This document shows, in pieces, positions 13,200 to 25,837 of a DNA stretch of 63,957 bases. The stretch's first letter is position 1. Each line of letters begins with the position of its first letter. A program made the translations under genes and the position numbers. A model generated the notes under the pieces. It saw only the letters and a program-made list of their open reading frames with translations. It did not search any database and was not told where the DNA came from. The DNA is taken from positions 170,449,998 to 170,513,954 of the forward strand of contig NC_068981.1 in assembly GCF_001194135.2 (NCBI RefSeq). Reading direction: 5' to 3'. This DNA comes from Octopus bimaculoides. Taxonomy: Eukaryota.

Positions 13200-15020
13200 A
13201 TTAGTTCGGCGTTTCGGAAGAATGCTCTTCGGCGGGAAAGGAGACAGATAAAGGAAAGGTTTTAGGGGAGATAACGAAATTGTGAACGATCACAGGTGTC
13301 CTACGTGTAGTCTAATGTATGTGTAATTTCAAAATACGTATCAAAGTACGATTGTTGTGTATGAATATGCATGTTTTTGTGTGTTGTATGTGGGTTGATG
13401 ATGTGATGTTGAAGGGTTTGTACTGTACATGTCCTGCACCCGTGTATTAGTGGTAGCAATTTGTGTGTAGATATGTATCTGTGTGGACATAGGTAGAGAG
13501 AAGAAATTGAAACAATAGTTGAGTCAATGTAAATGTTTGGCACCATAACGGATTATTAGTCTCTGTTCACTTTGTAATGATTAATCGGAGAGATAGCTTA
13601 CACCAAAATAATGGTATCATTACATGCCAGGGAAATGTGGCTTAGTTTATTAAAGGGCGAGTTGCAGTAGATATAGGGTTGCTCTGCCTAGCACTTAATC
13701 TAGGATTCACTTCAACTCTGAACGTTTCCTCTCATTGGTAGAATTTTACATAATAATGTCCTGCATAAAAATCCTGATCGAACATTCCCTGACGTGGACT
13801 GAGGAATTACAACATTCTGTTAGGAATGTGACATTAATTATGAATTGACAGTTGAGGCAATGGTGTTTAAAACGGGAAAAATATTACAGTTGAATGCCAT
13901 ATCTAAGGTGAATAAATAAAAAAATAGTAGGTAGTAGATTGTATGGATGCACCTAAAACAGTTTTTAGAGGAGCAATGGGTAACAATGGAAATACTGTAG
14001 AATGATGGAATTTAGTATTAAAAATTGAGGATGCTGGTTGAAGCCAGTTGGTGGTGGTGCGAAAGGGAGGCAAGTGGATACAGAGGTGAAATATTCTAAC
14101 TACTGAGATTGCCATGTTCTGTGAAGTATCAGGTCATGTATTGATATGGGAATTGCAGTCAGTGTTGTGGTTATATAGGTGACAGACAGGTGAGAACTGA
14201 AAGATGATAATGGCAGGTTTAGTGGCAATGAAGTTGAATGAGTTCAAATCTAAATAATGGCGGAATTCGATAGATTTCTGAATGGTAGAAGAGAAGATGG
14301 TGAGATGTTTTAGGTCAGGCTAAACGGGTACATCGAGAAAGTTACCAGGGATTTGGCAGATATAGTTTATAACTGGTGGACATGAATTCTAGAGCAGAAT
14401 GAAAGTAGTAGACAAAGATAAAGTCAGAGGTTCAACAGCCATGAGATATGGAGGAAGTAACGTTACAATTATCAATGTAATAACAATTGTATAGTTCTAG
14501 ATTTCACAAAGTAGTGGAGAGTGCTGGATGAATATCAATGCCCGAATATGACAAACGAATTCGTTGGCGTAGTTGGGTCTATCCACCTTAATGTGAGCGA
14601 AATCACACACAACTGAGACTCATTTGAAGAAATTGAAAATTTTAGACAGAAGTGGTAGTCCCATGTATAGTGCCATAATCAACTAAACATACGAGAAGAA
14701 ATAGGCTGCCGTGATGTAGTCTATGTGTAGGTATGATTAGTATTAGGGACCTAAGAATAAATGGATGCATCGAATGAGGAAAGAATTAGTGTAGATATAT
14801 GGAAATGAGTTGTAAGTGGTTGCAGCACGCGAAAACAGTTGACTTTTAAGGATGGCTTATTGAGCGGATTTCTAAGGGAAAGTAGATAGAAAGGTGCCGC
14901 CTGTGTGAAACATGCTACAGCGAAGTGCAGGTTGAGAGTTTTAGTATAAATGCAGTATAGTAAGCATGATTTTTTAGTGATCGAAATGTATGGTTGACGG
15001 TCAATGAAGGAGTGACTAAG
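13200..15020 (-). mobile_element. Old, degraded Penelope-like element (RT + GIY-YIG + terminal repeat remnant)
   Basis: Minus-strand motifs in PLE order: APFYLL (about 14890), PNYANEFV (about 14575-14551), YYIDN (14479-14468, degenerate YIDD), HSALEF, FLDV, then GIY-YIG tail EQRLIIRYGAKHLH*LNYCFNF (about 13570-13505). The 3' end resembles 63400-63490. Many stops and frameshifts. Confidence 0.8.
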
Positions 15021-15209
15021 AAAAAAAAAAGTTTCGACATGGCTTCGGTGCTTTAAAAAGTTGTTGATTTTAGATACAAAATCAGAAGAATCCTGAATAT
15101 AAAAACAAGGAGCAGGAAGCTATCCAGCCATTCCGAAATTTTGATGGTACAACATTCATATCCACTGCAAGTTGAGTGCATTGAAGAAAATCTTTCGAAC
15201 TTCTTTTGT

Positions 15210-15400
15210 ATTTTGGGGAGTTCTACTTTTTGACTTAAAAATCCTGGAATCGGCCTTATTAATGAAATTATTTTCCTCCATTTCCAGAATTATTTTATTT
15301 AGTTCCTCTCTGTAATTGGTGTTTGGATCGACAGGTAATTCTTCATATAAAGCATAACCACCAAAGTGTTGTCTTACAGTATGCGCCATATTTGTCTCCC
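15210..15400 (-). mobile_element. Penelope-like element fragment, pre-RT region, second family
   Basis: RQHFGGYALYEELPVDPNTNYREELNKIILEMEENNFINKADSRIFKSKSRTPQ matches the PLE pattern L.D...Y..L..DPT...RTP that precedes FY.LPKIHK. Sense strand is A-rich, unlike the C-rich neighbour. Confidence 0.7.
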
Positions 15401-15858
15401 TTAACATGTTTTGGTTCAAATTAATCTTTTTGTAATAATAATATTTTAAAATCCGGTACTGATTTAATTTTTTTGTCTCACCGTATGAAGTTTGCGACAG
15501 TTGAATTACATTATGAAGGCAGATAGACATTTACGAGTGAATTCGTCAAGACAACAATGCATGGTATTAATAGAAGTTTTAAGAAATTATTCTTTTCTCA
15601 TATATATTTTTACGAAAAATACAAGATACCTAGCAGATATATATTTCTGTTACATTTGACAGAGCTTATATTAAAAATGACGGCGAAAAAAAGAAATAGA
15701 AATACATATAAAATTTGGTCTAGAACTAATGTGAATTCCGTATTCATTTCTGAGATGCTTTCAGTTGATTAGTACATCTCGGTTATTTCTCAAATCACTC
15801 ACAAGTCTGTCGCTGTTCATGTACCTACCTACCTTCCCACGTACCTACAAATATATTC

Positions 15859-15891
<33 letters not shown>

Positions 15892-16356
15892 CTTATGTAC
15901 GTATTTTGGTATATATGCCTATATATGCATATATATATATATATATATATATATANNNNNNNNNNNNNNNNNNNNNNNNNNNNNNNNNNNNNNNNNNNNN
16001 NNNNNNNNNNNNNNNNNNNNNNNNNNNNNNNNNNNNNNNNNNNNNNNNNNNNNNNNNNNNNNNNNNNNNNNNNNNNNNNNNNNNNNNNNNNNNNNNNGTA
16101 TATATATATATATTTACGTACGAATTTTGGTATATATGCCTATATATGGATATATATACATATGCATATGTATATATATGTGAGTGTGCGTGTATGAATG
16201 TGTATGTATTAGCGTGTGCGCGCGTATTAGAACTGGCGTATTGAATATTGGTACAAAAAATGAAATGTGTTAGTACATGTGAACATGTGACAGAAAATAA
16301 CCAGGAAAGAAACTGTAAAATTAATTAGCATAGAATACACGCACGCAGACACACAC

Positions 16357-16418
<62 letters not shown>

Positions 16419-16634
16419 CACTAAATTTTGAAACACTACAATATTCTAATTTCACAAATGCACAACTGTATGTAACAGTTTAGCACAAAATATATTTACA
16501 AATATATATGTAATAAATACGTGTTATATAGACATATACACACACGATTATTATTGGACGCGGAACAAGTATATCTATCTCTTAATATACCCATTCTAAC
16601 ACATGTATTTATGTATTCATGGTGTGTGTATATA

Positions 16635-16690
<56 letters not shown>

Positions 16691-16879
16691 CATTCAAAAA
16701 CACATATGCATATAAACGCGTATATTCGTTTGAAGCTTATAATTTACTCGTCGGGAGTGTTACTTTATGTGTTAAGTCGATAAATGTTTATTTTCTGTAA
16801 TATTCTTTGCATACACACAGCATTGTTTCGTAAGACTTTTATTGTTCGGTATTTATCAGGTTTCATAACTATACTAATA

Positions 16880-17078
16880 TTGATTTCACATCATGGCACA
16901 AGGCCACCAAATTCGGGTGAGGAAGAAATTCGATTACGTCGACCCTAGTGCTCAACTAGTACTTACTTTATCGGCTCCAAAATAATGAAAGGCCAATCGA
17001 CTACAGTGGAATTTGAACTCAGGACGTAAAGATGGACATTATGTCATTAAGCAATTTGACCAGCATATCAACGATTCT
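16880..17078 (-). mobile_element. tRNA-derived SINE (Nin/Deu-like central domain), 5'-truncated copy
   Basis: Homologous to 17079-17296 and 32202-32411 (atgaaaggccaatcgactacagtggaatttgaactcag). Confidence 0.8.
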
Positions 17079-17296
17079 TTTCTTTTCTACTCTATGCACA
17101 AGGCCCGAAATTTTTAAGGACGCAGTTATTCGATTAGATCAACCCCAGTACGGAACTGGTACGTAATGTATCGACCTCGAAAGGATGAAAAGCAAAGTCG
17201 ACTTCAGTGGAATTTGAACTCAGAACCTAAAGACAGATGAAATACCGCTAAGCATTTCGCCCGGCGCGTTATCAATTCTGTCAGCTCACCGCCTTA
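17079..17296 (-). mobile_element. tRNA-derived SINE (Nin/Deu-like central domain), near full length
   Basis: Reverse complement begins taaggcggtgagctgacagaa, has a B-box-like gagttcaaattcc and the central gactttgcttttcatcctttcgaggtcgata block; the domain name is from memory. Confidence 0.85.
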
Positions 17297-18048
17297 ATGA
17301 CTATTACATTTTTTTTCTTGAAACCATCATCACATCTACTGCTCACACATTGTTTACACATTCGTCAATTGCAAAATCTAATCCAAAGATCAACACATTT
17401 TATAAGTTGTAACTCATAAGCAATTATTTAGACGTGTTTCATGATTATTGACATGTTTTGGGTTCGTGAGCAATCTGAAAATATTTGAATGACAGTCCAA
17501 TCAAGAATAGATGATTTTTATCAATAAAACCATCATTGCATTGTTAAATTAAATTCATATATCTCAGTTCAATGTTTTCTGGTTTTAAAGAAAGAAAGCA
17601 CATTTTGAAAGACGCAGGACATTAACGTATATAAATAAGGACGCTGATAGTTTCTTTACAAGTATGAACGAATACTTGTATTAAATTTTGTCTACAGTGG
17701 TATTACTTTATATAAAATAAGTATTATTGATAAACATTGTCCACATTGGAAAGACTAATATTACTATTAAATAATTTTGTAAGACGTATAATTAAAATTC
17801 ATATCTGGAACTATACAAGGTGTTAATTTCATCTTACCAACAACTTTAACAGTGACTATGCTTTATATGATGCTGGTTATATATATATATAATGAGGTAC
17901 ACTGTTTAAATAATTTGGGTGATAGACATTGTACTGCAAGTGATTTAACACCAACACCTGACCCCTAGGTCACATTTAGATGAGCCTACAATTTTGCAAC
18001 TCCCTTTCACTAGTTTCAGATATATTGTGGTGAATACTTTATATATTC

Positions 18049-18426
18049 GTGGCACTGCGTCGGTTACGACGACGAATGTTTCAGTTAATGCGATCAACGG
18101 AACAGCCTGCTTGTGAAATTAACGTGCAAGTGGCTGAGCACTCCACAGACACGTGTACTTTTAACGTAGTTCTCGTGGAGATTCAGCGTGACACAGAATG
18201 TGAGAAGGCTGACCCATTGAAATACAAGTACAACAGAAACAGGAACAAAGATTGAGAGAAAGTTGTGGTGAAAGAGTACAGCAGGGCTCGCCCCACCACC
18301 TGCGGGAGCCTGTTGGAGCTTTAGGTGTTTACGCTAAATAAACACTCACAACGCCCGATCTGGGAATCGAAACCGCGATCCTACGACCGCGAGTCCGCTG
18401 CTCTAACCAATGGGTCATTGCGCCCC
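18049..18426 (-). mobile_element. Full-length tRNA-derived SINE (non-CORE centre + T1 tail)
   Basis: Reverse complement ggggcgcaatgacccattggttagagcagcggactcgcggtcgtaggatcgcggtttcgattccc carries A- and B-box-like motifs; tail matches 1-210. Confidence 0.88.
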
Positions 18427-18589
18427 ATTAATTTATATATTACTGCATCCATGAATATATATGCATATTTGTGTGTGTGTATGTGTGCGTGTATGTGTGC
18501 GCGCGCGCGGGTAAAAATAAGTAAAGTTGCATGGAATCGCTCCTGTATTGAAGTGAAAGCAAACTATAAAAATTAAACTACTGAATGAT

Positions 18590-18780
18590 AAAAATAATAA
18601 CATCGAAAAATACCTTAGAAATGAGAACCCAGGTTCGAAATTTCCCCAAGACACCTGATGAAGGCTGGAGCATATATCAGCCGAAACGTTGTGTTAACAA
18701 AGAACAATATGAGGACAAATATCGGTCAAGTGTAAATAATGTACATAATTCTTCATCTCTTAAATATAGAACTGAGATTT
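18590..18780 (+). mobile_element. Short solo PLE terminal-repeat-like element carrying a hammerhead motif
   Basis: Context of the hammerhead at 18650-18695; no adjacent RT in the window; boundaries approximate. Confidence 0.5.
18650..18695 (+). ncRNA. Minimal type-I hammerhead ribozyme motif
   Basis: GACAC-CUGAUGA-A-GGCUG(gagcauauau)CAGCC-GAAAC-GUU-GUGUU: stem I GACAC/GUGUU, intact core, perfect 5-bp stem II, palindromic ACGU stem III, GUU cleavage triplet. Confidence 0.8.
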
Positions 18781-19384
18781 TATCCTTGATTACAATAATA
18801 AATATGAATTCACATCAACCAAATTTATTCGCTGCTGAATTATTTTGTTTATTCACACGCACCTGAAATGAACGAACATGATTTAACTTGTATATAAATG
18901 AGAACATGTATAAATGCTAATGATTATGTACTTTTGGGTATGTCACATTGAGGACAGTAAACGGTATTACATACCCAAACCAGAAATCGATATATGGCTG
19001 GAATGTTCAATAAAAATATCTTTTGTTCATTCCCTCGGTTTCATTCCGTGTCCGTGCCTATGTAATAAGTACGATAGTTTTAGAGCCATTTGGTGTTTTT
19101 CTAGCCTGTAGCGTTAGTCAATAGTTGTCCTTATTTTAATTTGATAATTATGTTTACAAAATTAAATATAAATACACTGTGTGTATGTATACACACACAC
19201 ACACACACATACACACACACGCATATATNNNNNNNNNNNNNNNNNNNNNNNNNNNNNNNNNNNNNNNNNNNNNNNNNNNNNNNNNNNNNNNNNNNNNNNN
19301 NNNNNNNNNNNNNNNNNNNNNNNNNNNNNNNNNNNNNNNNNNNNNNNNNNNNNNNNNAGTGAAACCAAACAAAGAAGAACAAAC

Positions 19385-19540
19385 AAGACTGGCTTCTTTC
19401 AGTTTCCGTCCACCGAATCCACTCACAAAGATTTTGTGGGCCTGGGGCTATAGTAGGAGTCACTTGCCCAAGGCACTACGCAGTGGGGCTGAACCCAAAA
19501 CCATATGGTTGGAAAGCAATCTTCTGACTACACAGCCACA
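19385..19540 (-). mobile_element. tRNA/CORE-type SINE 5' half (family with internal microsatellite)
   Basis: Reverse complement tgtggctgtgtagtcag...gtgccttgggcaagtgac...gacggaaactgaaagaagcc matches 21113-21194, 33849-33968 and 46625-46756. Confidence 0.85.
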
Positions 19541-20568
19541 TATATTTATATGTGTGTGTGTGTGTGTGAGTGTATGTATTTCTGTGTTTGTGTATACGTG
19601 TATTTACATATACTTCTCTCTCTCACTTTCTCTCTTTCACTCTCTCTCTCTCTCTCTCTCTATCTATCTCTCTAAAAACGCACACGTATATATATTAGCA
19701 TACCTCCCAATGAAGGGCATAATACATGGTCAATTGGCCTGTTCACGATATTAGCCTAATCTGCCTCATTCTGTAAGCATTTCGGATATCTCTACGAATA
19801 GCGTGATGCTTTTGATTACACATCTACTCTACCAACATCGACCGCGACGTCATAATATAAATAAAAAGTTGATAATCATCAGAATTGCTAGCAGCATCAA
19901 TGGAATAATTGTGAAATATTAAGGCGAATGAAATTATTAACCTGTATGACAGCCCTGTCTTTCCTGTTTGTGTAGTAATTTTGGAGAAAACAATGAAAGC
20001 TTTTATATGTTGAGTGCCTTATTTTCTCAATGCAAACATAAACGATAGCACTTTTATTTATATAGAAATATAGAATTGTTTCGTTATTAAATAATTCAGT
20101 GAAATCATTCACACGGATGGTTATACATAAGTTAGAGTAAGCAGTTTCAATAGATTCAGCGCTAAGAAATTAAAAATAAATATCTGAAGAGAACAAATTA
20201 TGTCGTTGAATATCTAGTATAACTTTGTTACTTATTGGATATGTTAGCAATAAATTAGTTATTGCTTTTAAATATCGGTATCTTTTCTAAAACTATTAAA
20301 GTACTACCTGTACGGTAATGCAAATTAGGCTTAAGAGCTTTCTGCAATCGTTTATTCTCAACAGTATTTTTTTCTATGCACATGTGTGAGAATTTTTATT
20401 GAAGTAACAGATGCATTCAACAAGATAATGACAATCTTTTAATCTACTTGGAAATCTAGGTATGGAAAGACTATTATAAACATTATACACATGTGTGTAT
20501 ACATGCCCATGCATACATAAACGTACATATATGTTTACATATGTGAATATGTATATATATATATATAC

Positions 20569-20625
<57 letters not shown>

Positions 20626-20863
20626 TTTATATCAATGTGTACATTAAGCATGTGTGTGTACATATTTATGCATACACACACATATATTTATATATGATTG
20701 CATGGACTAGTATTTAAGTTCTACTTCCTTCATCTTATGCAAGTGAGTGATATAGAGTCTATCTTTTGACGATTCTTTTAGAATGTCCTTTATTCAAAGT
20801 AATCGAATTTGTCGACGTTATATGGAAAAACTTACCAGTAATGCTCTCATACTTTCTGTCTCT

Positions 20864-20904
<41 letters not shown>

Positions 20905-20909
<5 letters not shown>

Positions 20910-21194
20910 CTGCAGCACCGCCTTTAGTCGAGTAAATCGACCCCAGGACTTATTCTTTGTAAGCCTTGTACTTATTCTGTCGATTTTTTTGCCGAACCGT
21001 TAAGTTACGGGGACGTAAACACACCAGCATCGGTTATTAAACGATGTTGGGGGACAAACACAGACACACAAGCATATCCATACGCACATACATATATATA
21101 TATACATATATACGACGGGCTTCTTTCAGTTTCCGTCTACCAAATCCACTCACAAGGTTTTGGCTATAGTAGACGAGACTTGCCCAGGGTGCCA
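20905..21194 (-). mobile_element. Composite CORE-type SINE: centre + internal (TA/TG) microsatellite + tail B
   Basis: The CORE-like ttgcccagggtgcca and ttctttcagtttccgtctacc block (21113-21194) is joined via an AT/AC repeat to tail B (20905-21075). Confidence 0.85.
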
Positions 21195-21229
21195 ATAAAA
21201 TATCACCAATAGCAAAAACGGACCTAAAC

Positions 21230-22270
21230 AACACCACACGACAGACGATTCAATCCATACATAAAGAAAATGAGTACACAATTACAGGAGGAAGAAGAAA
21301 GACGACCACCAGTAGTAACTATGCATGAAGAACAGAAGCAAATATCATATGTAACTATAAACGTAAAGAGAAATATAGATTTAACATCAACTGCCTGATA
21401 AAGAATGTTGCTTACAACTGTGAGGTGAATGTGAAGACAAGTACGCAGAAATACGTATACACTAGCAGCACCAGAATGACACTCTTATATCAATTTCCAA
21501 TATAAATAAAAGGCACTCCACATCACTATCGAACCTCGTCTGAAGGCTCAAAGAGAATGGAGTGGAGCATACGACCCAATGGTCTGTTATAAAAAAAAAA
21601 CGCTGCATTATGTAACGGAAACATCACAGTCATGCAGCTTATTTAGAAGAAATTCCGGAAATCATCACATCCAGGGAAAACTTGATAAATAGACACTCCT
21701 TGGTGATCGTATTACGTAAACATAAAAGCAAACGTCATTTCTGGAATTAAAAAAAATGTAACGGAATAACATCAACAGCCTTTAGCATATTATAGAACAA
21801 GGAAGGAACAGAAACAACTAAAGAAACCAACCAATATTTAGGATGTTATACACTATACCACTGTACCTCCAATAACAATTAAAACGTCACCCTAGGAAAG
21901 TATCATTTATTAATTCAGACAACGAAATACTACAGATGGTGGCTTTTGGGGATGTACCGGCTGACCTGTTTACTTCAGAATTCAATAAAGATAGTTATGC
22001 TATAAATGAGATCGAACAAAGTAATATATGACCCATCTTTGACATCTGTAGACTGAACAGCAAAAGAAATACATCACCACACGCACACCTCGTACCCAAT
22101 AGAACTACCATTCTTTCCTCTCTTTCCACCACCATCCCATCCTCCCCACCAAATACACACAGATATACCTACATAACTCAGCCAACCTTCTCACTGGTCA
22201 AAAGGGATATAAACATCCCTCTGGTAAGCATCCATGAATGTTATACCGTCTGAAGAAATGAATCCATGAA
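21230..22270 (+). mobile_element. Penelope-like element 3' part: GIY-YIG endonuclease remnant + terminal region (third family)
   Basis: From 21350: CNYKRKEKYRFNINCLIKNVAYNCEVNVKTSTQKYVYTSSTRMTL, then after a frameshift HSTSLSNLV*RLKENGVEHTTQWSVIKK...CSL...NLINRHS. This matches the PLE CNC..C.L...C....V.Y...YIG.T...STSLS...W.LK...W.I pattern. Partial hammerhead core at 22250-22270. Confidence 0.8.
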
Positions 22271-22989
22271 GACAAACAGTAATCATCCCAGGAATAGGGA
22301 CTCTTGAGAGACACGAGATTTGTGGGAACGCTCGTTGAGATGCATTAAATGTTTATAAATTCCATCCAAGGATTATTGTTGTTATTGCTGTATTTATCCT
22401 ACATTATATCGGTACAGCTTGATGCAGCACCCAAAACTGGTCCACCAATCAGCATCATTAGACTGTAGCCGGCATAATGGAATAGAAGCTTTATTTGCAT
22501 AATCAAAACGTTTCACGTAAACATATTTAAGAGATGTCTGCATGTATTTATATATTTATATATGTATATGTTTGCGTGTGGGCGTGCGCGTGTGTGTATG
22601 TGTGTGTCTGTGTGTATTCGTGACTCTGTGTGTATGCATGTATATGCATCCTCACAATTGAATATACACCGTATTTTATGTATTTGTAATTCTATCAGTG
22701 TTCAGCACGGGTTATGTAGCTCCAGCTTGTGGATCCGATCATATCTAATGCCTGCAGATGTGCGACACGCTGATCGTTCAACAAGAAATATTCAGAGTAA
22801 TAATTACAACATTTATTAATTAGAAGAGTAATATTTAGAAAAGGACAAAGCATCAATTGTACATTCAACTTCAACATGCTCTCCTACGTCTCCTCACTGA
22901 AAAATATGTGACGCGCCTATCTCGTGGATAGATTCACTACGCGCTCGATCGCACACATGCACAACCAACACACATATACACTCACACAT

Positions 22990-23005
22990 TCTCTCTCTCT
23001 CTCCC

Positions 23006-23044
<39 letters not shown>

Positions 23045-23050
23045 ACAAAT

Positions 23051-23082
<32 letters not shown>
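22990..23082. repeat. Compound (CT)n-(CA)n microsatellite
   Basis: Direct reading. Confidence 0.97.
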
Positions 23083-24348
23083 TTACTGTAATGAAAAGAA
23101 GCATAAATCGTGCAACATAGGAAGAACAATGTTTAAAATCTAAGGTTTTAATTTAACACTTGTGAGTTGGAAGATTGTGCTGTAATGGTGTGTTTTGCTA
23201 CGTAGTTCTCTGTCAGAATAGAAAAGCACAGAAAATCTGCGAAAAATTAAGGTTGAGTGAGAGATAATTAATTGCATAATTGTAAAATTATAAAAGTATT
23301 ATAGATAACGATAACACAGTGACAGCATTATCAGCAACAACATCATTATCATTATCAACAAAACAGCAACAACAACAAAGAAAAACAACGAATAAATATA
23401 GCAATCATAGTAAGGTATCTGCAGGTAAAGGCAGCGGGTGAAAGATGAATGATTAGGAAGCTTGAGGTATGCTCTTCCTCAGATAAGATAAGAAGAAATA
23501 TACTTGCGAGTAAATTGTATTTATCAGGATTTCTCTCTAACTGGATCAGCGTAAATGAGAATGACGGGTACGTATGTGTTAGTGAACTTTATGTATATGT
23601 GTAGATTTTTATAAAGGAGAAAGGAGGAAGTTGTTATCTGTACGTGTTTATGTCTATAAAGAAAATATGAACCACTGGAAATGTATACTTTCAATCGTGC
23701 GACTCTGAAACATTCAAAAATGGGAGAAAAGACTTTGAGATTCAGTGAAAAGAAAGTAATAACCAAGAAATGGGTAAAAATTCTACGATATTTGTAAAAA
23801 GCCCGCAAGATTGGTAAAAAGTAAATTAAAGTAAAGTGGAAAAATGTGTTCGGGAAGATTATGCAATAAAAGAAGAAAATAGTCGCCTGAAAAGGGAACG
23901 CTTTTTAACCGTCTGCAGCAAGGAAAAAACGAACGACGAAAGTGGGAGACAGTAACAAAAGTGGTCTTTTTTGATAGAAAAGTAAATACAAACGGTGTGG
24001 AGAAAACATACAAATGCAAGCAGGTTCATCTGGACATACCATTGTACTCAATGAGGCGTTGAAGTACTGACCAGACGTTCACGTAGTTATCGCCAAATAT
24101 TCCAAGCTCGTCTGCAACATTGCTATCATTGAGAGTAAAATCCCATCCCACAGTATCACCAAGAACCCCCCCCCCCCACGCACACTATATGATCGACTCA
24201 AACCATTACTGAAATGTATTGAAGTCAGAACGGAAGTGTGCCTGATAATCCAGTGTGTTTGAAAGGAGTCAAAATCTTTACCAGAGCAGAGAAGCATAAT
24301 CGAGAAATGTTGTAGTATGCTGCCAATATACACTTTCAATTGTATTAT

Positions 24349-24662
24349 ATGCGTGTCTTAGTGGTTATGATATTTAGCTCACGATTGCAGGGTCGTTAGT
24401 TCGAAAACCGGTGGTTTGTTGTGTTCTTGAGTAAGACATTTTATTTCCGCTGCCCCAGTTCAATCATCTGGAAAAATGAGTAGTACCGCTAGTTTAACGA
24501 GTAAGCTTTATCACGCTCTATGTCGCACTGAATGTCCTTGAGAACTTCGTGAAGGGTACGCTGGTCGTGGAGTGATCAGCCACTTGCACGTTAATTTTAC
24601 GAGCAGGATTTTCTTTGATCGGATCATTTGGAAGCCCCGTTGTTGTAACCGGTGGAGTGTCA
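24349..24662 (+). mobile_element. Full-length tRNA/CORE-type SINE with T1 tail (diverged)
   Basis: Head gcgtgtcttagtggtt...agttcgaaaaccgg; CORE-like ttgtgttcttgagtaagacattttatttcc...catctggaaaaatgagt; tail shared with 1-210. Confidence 0.83.
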
Positions 24663-25743
24663 TTTTATCTCTGATCATGATACATAAGACTCACTAGTAG
24701 TATGAAATAAAGGTACTCTGGTGGTAATTCAAATTTCGTCCAGAAAACTACTTCCGTCATAATGAAGAACACATTAATTTCGTTCTGCGAGGTTATCCAC
24801 CTAATGTTGATATATCCTCAGTAGAATGATAGGGAAAATCTTTGTTTAATATCTGCCATTGACGCCACAAGTATTAATGCAACACTGCTTAGATTTCATC
24901 AAAATATTTTACACTCCACCACTTAAATTTTTAATATTTAGAACACCCATATAACCCACATTTTAAATAACAAATAATTAATAATAGTATAATTAATTAT
25001 TAAAACACTCATTACATAAACCATATTTGACACCAACATAAAAGTATAAATTCAATCTATTGATCTCTTAATTTTGTAATTAATTCAATAATGTACCTTA
25101 ACACTATAATACCTATCGCATTTTTAATTAGAATATTCATATAATTATCATTAAATAAACCCCAAATTTATATCTTTTATAGAACCACTATTTTTAGATA
25201 AATGCTGTCTACGGAACACTTTATCTTTTATTTTATAAAATCTTATAATCCAGCAGTAATGACTTGATACTTTTAATATATTTCAATATACAAATATGAA
25301 AATTAAATTACACGTATGTATTGATATATATTCTATCTCTGAAAATTATAGAAATATTTCTATAGTTAAACACAAGCTATTTTGCATTTTTATAATAAAA
25401 AATAAAATGATTAACCTTATATAAAAATAGATAGGAGATTACTAGTTACTCAAATTTTGACCTAGGGAATTTATCCTGTAACACCGGTTTTCAATTTCTC
25501 TAGCATTTCTTAAGTGAGTACAATATAGTTGTTTTTTATATACCTAATATTTTTATACACTAAATATTTTTTTCTTAGAACAACGGAAATTCTATACTAA
25601 CCAATATAATCCTAAATGACACCAATGTTATAAATGTTCTCTGAAATACTTCTAGAAAACATTACCTCAGTGTACATAGCACCATTTATGGTAAGTTATA
25701 TTTATATTCATCCCAACTTGCTTCCATAAATTATATAAATATA

Positions 25744-25745
<2 letters not shown>

Positions 25746-25835
<90 letters not shown>
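25746..25835. repeat. Compound (TA)n-(TG)n microsatellite
   Basis: Direct reading. Confidence 0.97.

Positions 25836-25837
<2 letters not shown>

Noticed and set aside
18350-18426. tRNA-like sequence (also at 24349, 33849, 63604)
   Set aside because: These are SINE heads with A/B-box-like motifs, lacking a complete cloverleaf and followed by SINE bodies.
24900-25640. Very AT-rich stretch suggestive of a mitochondrial insertion
   Set aside because: No sustained frame in the invertebrate mitochondrial code where I tested it, and no recognisable 12S/16S motifs; BLASTN against octopus mtDNA would settle it.
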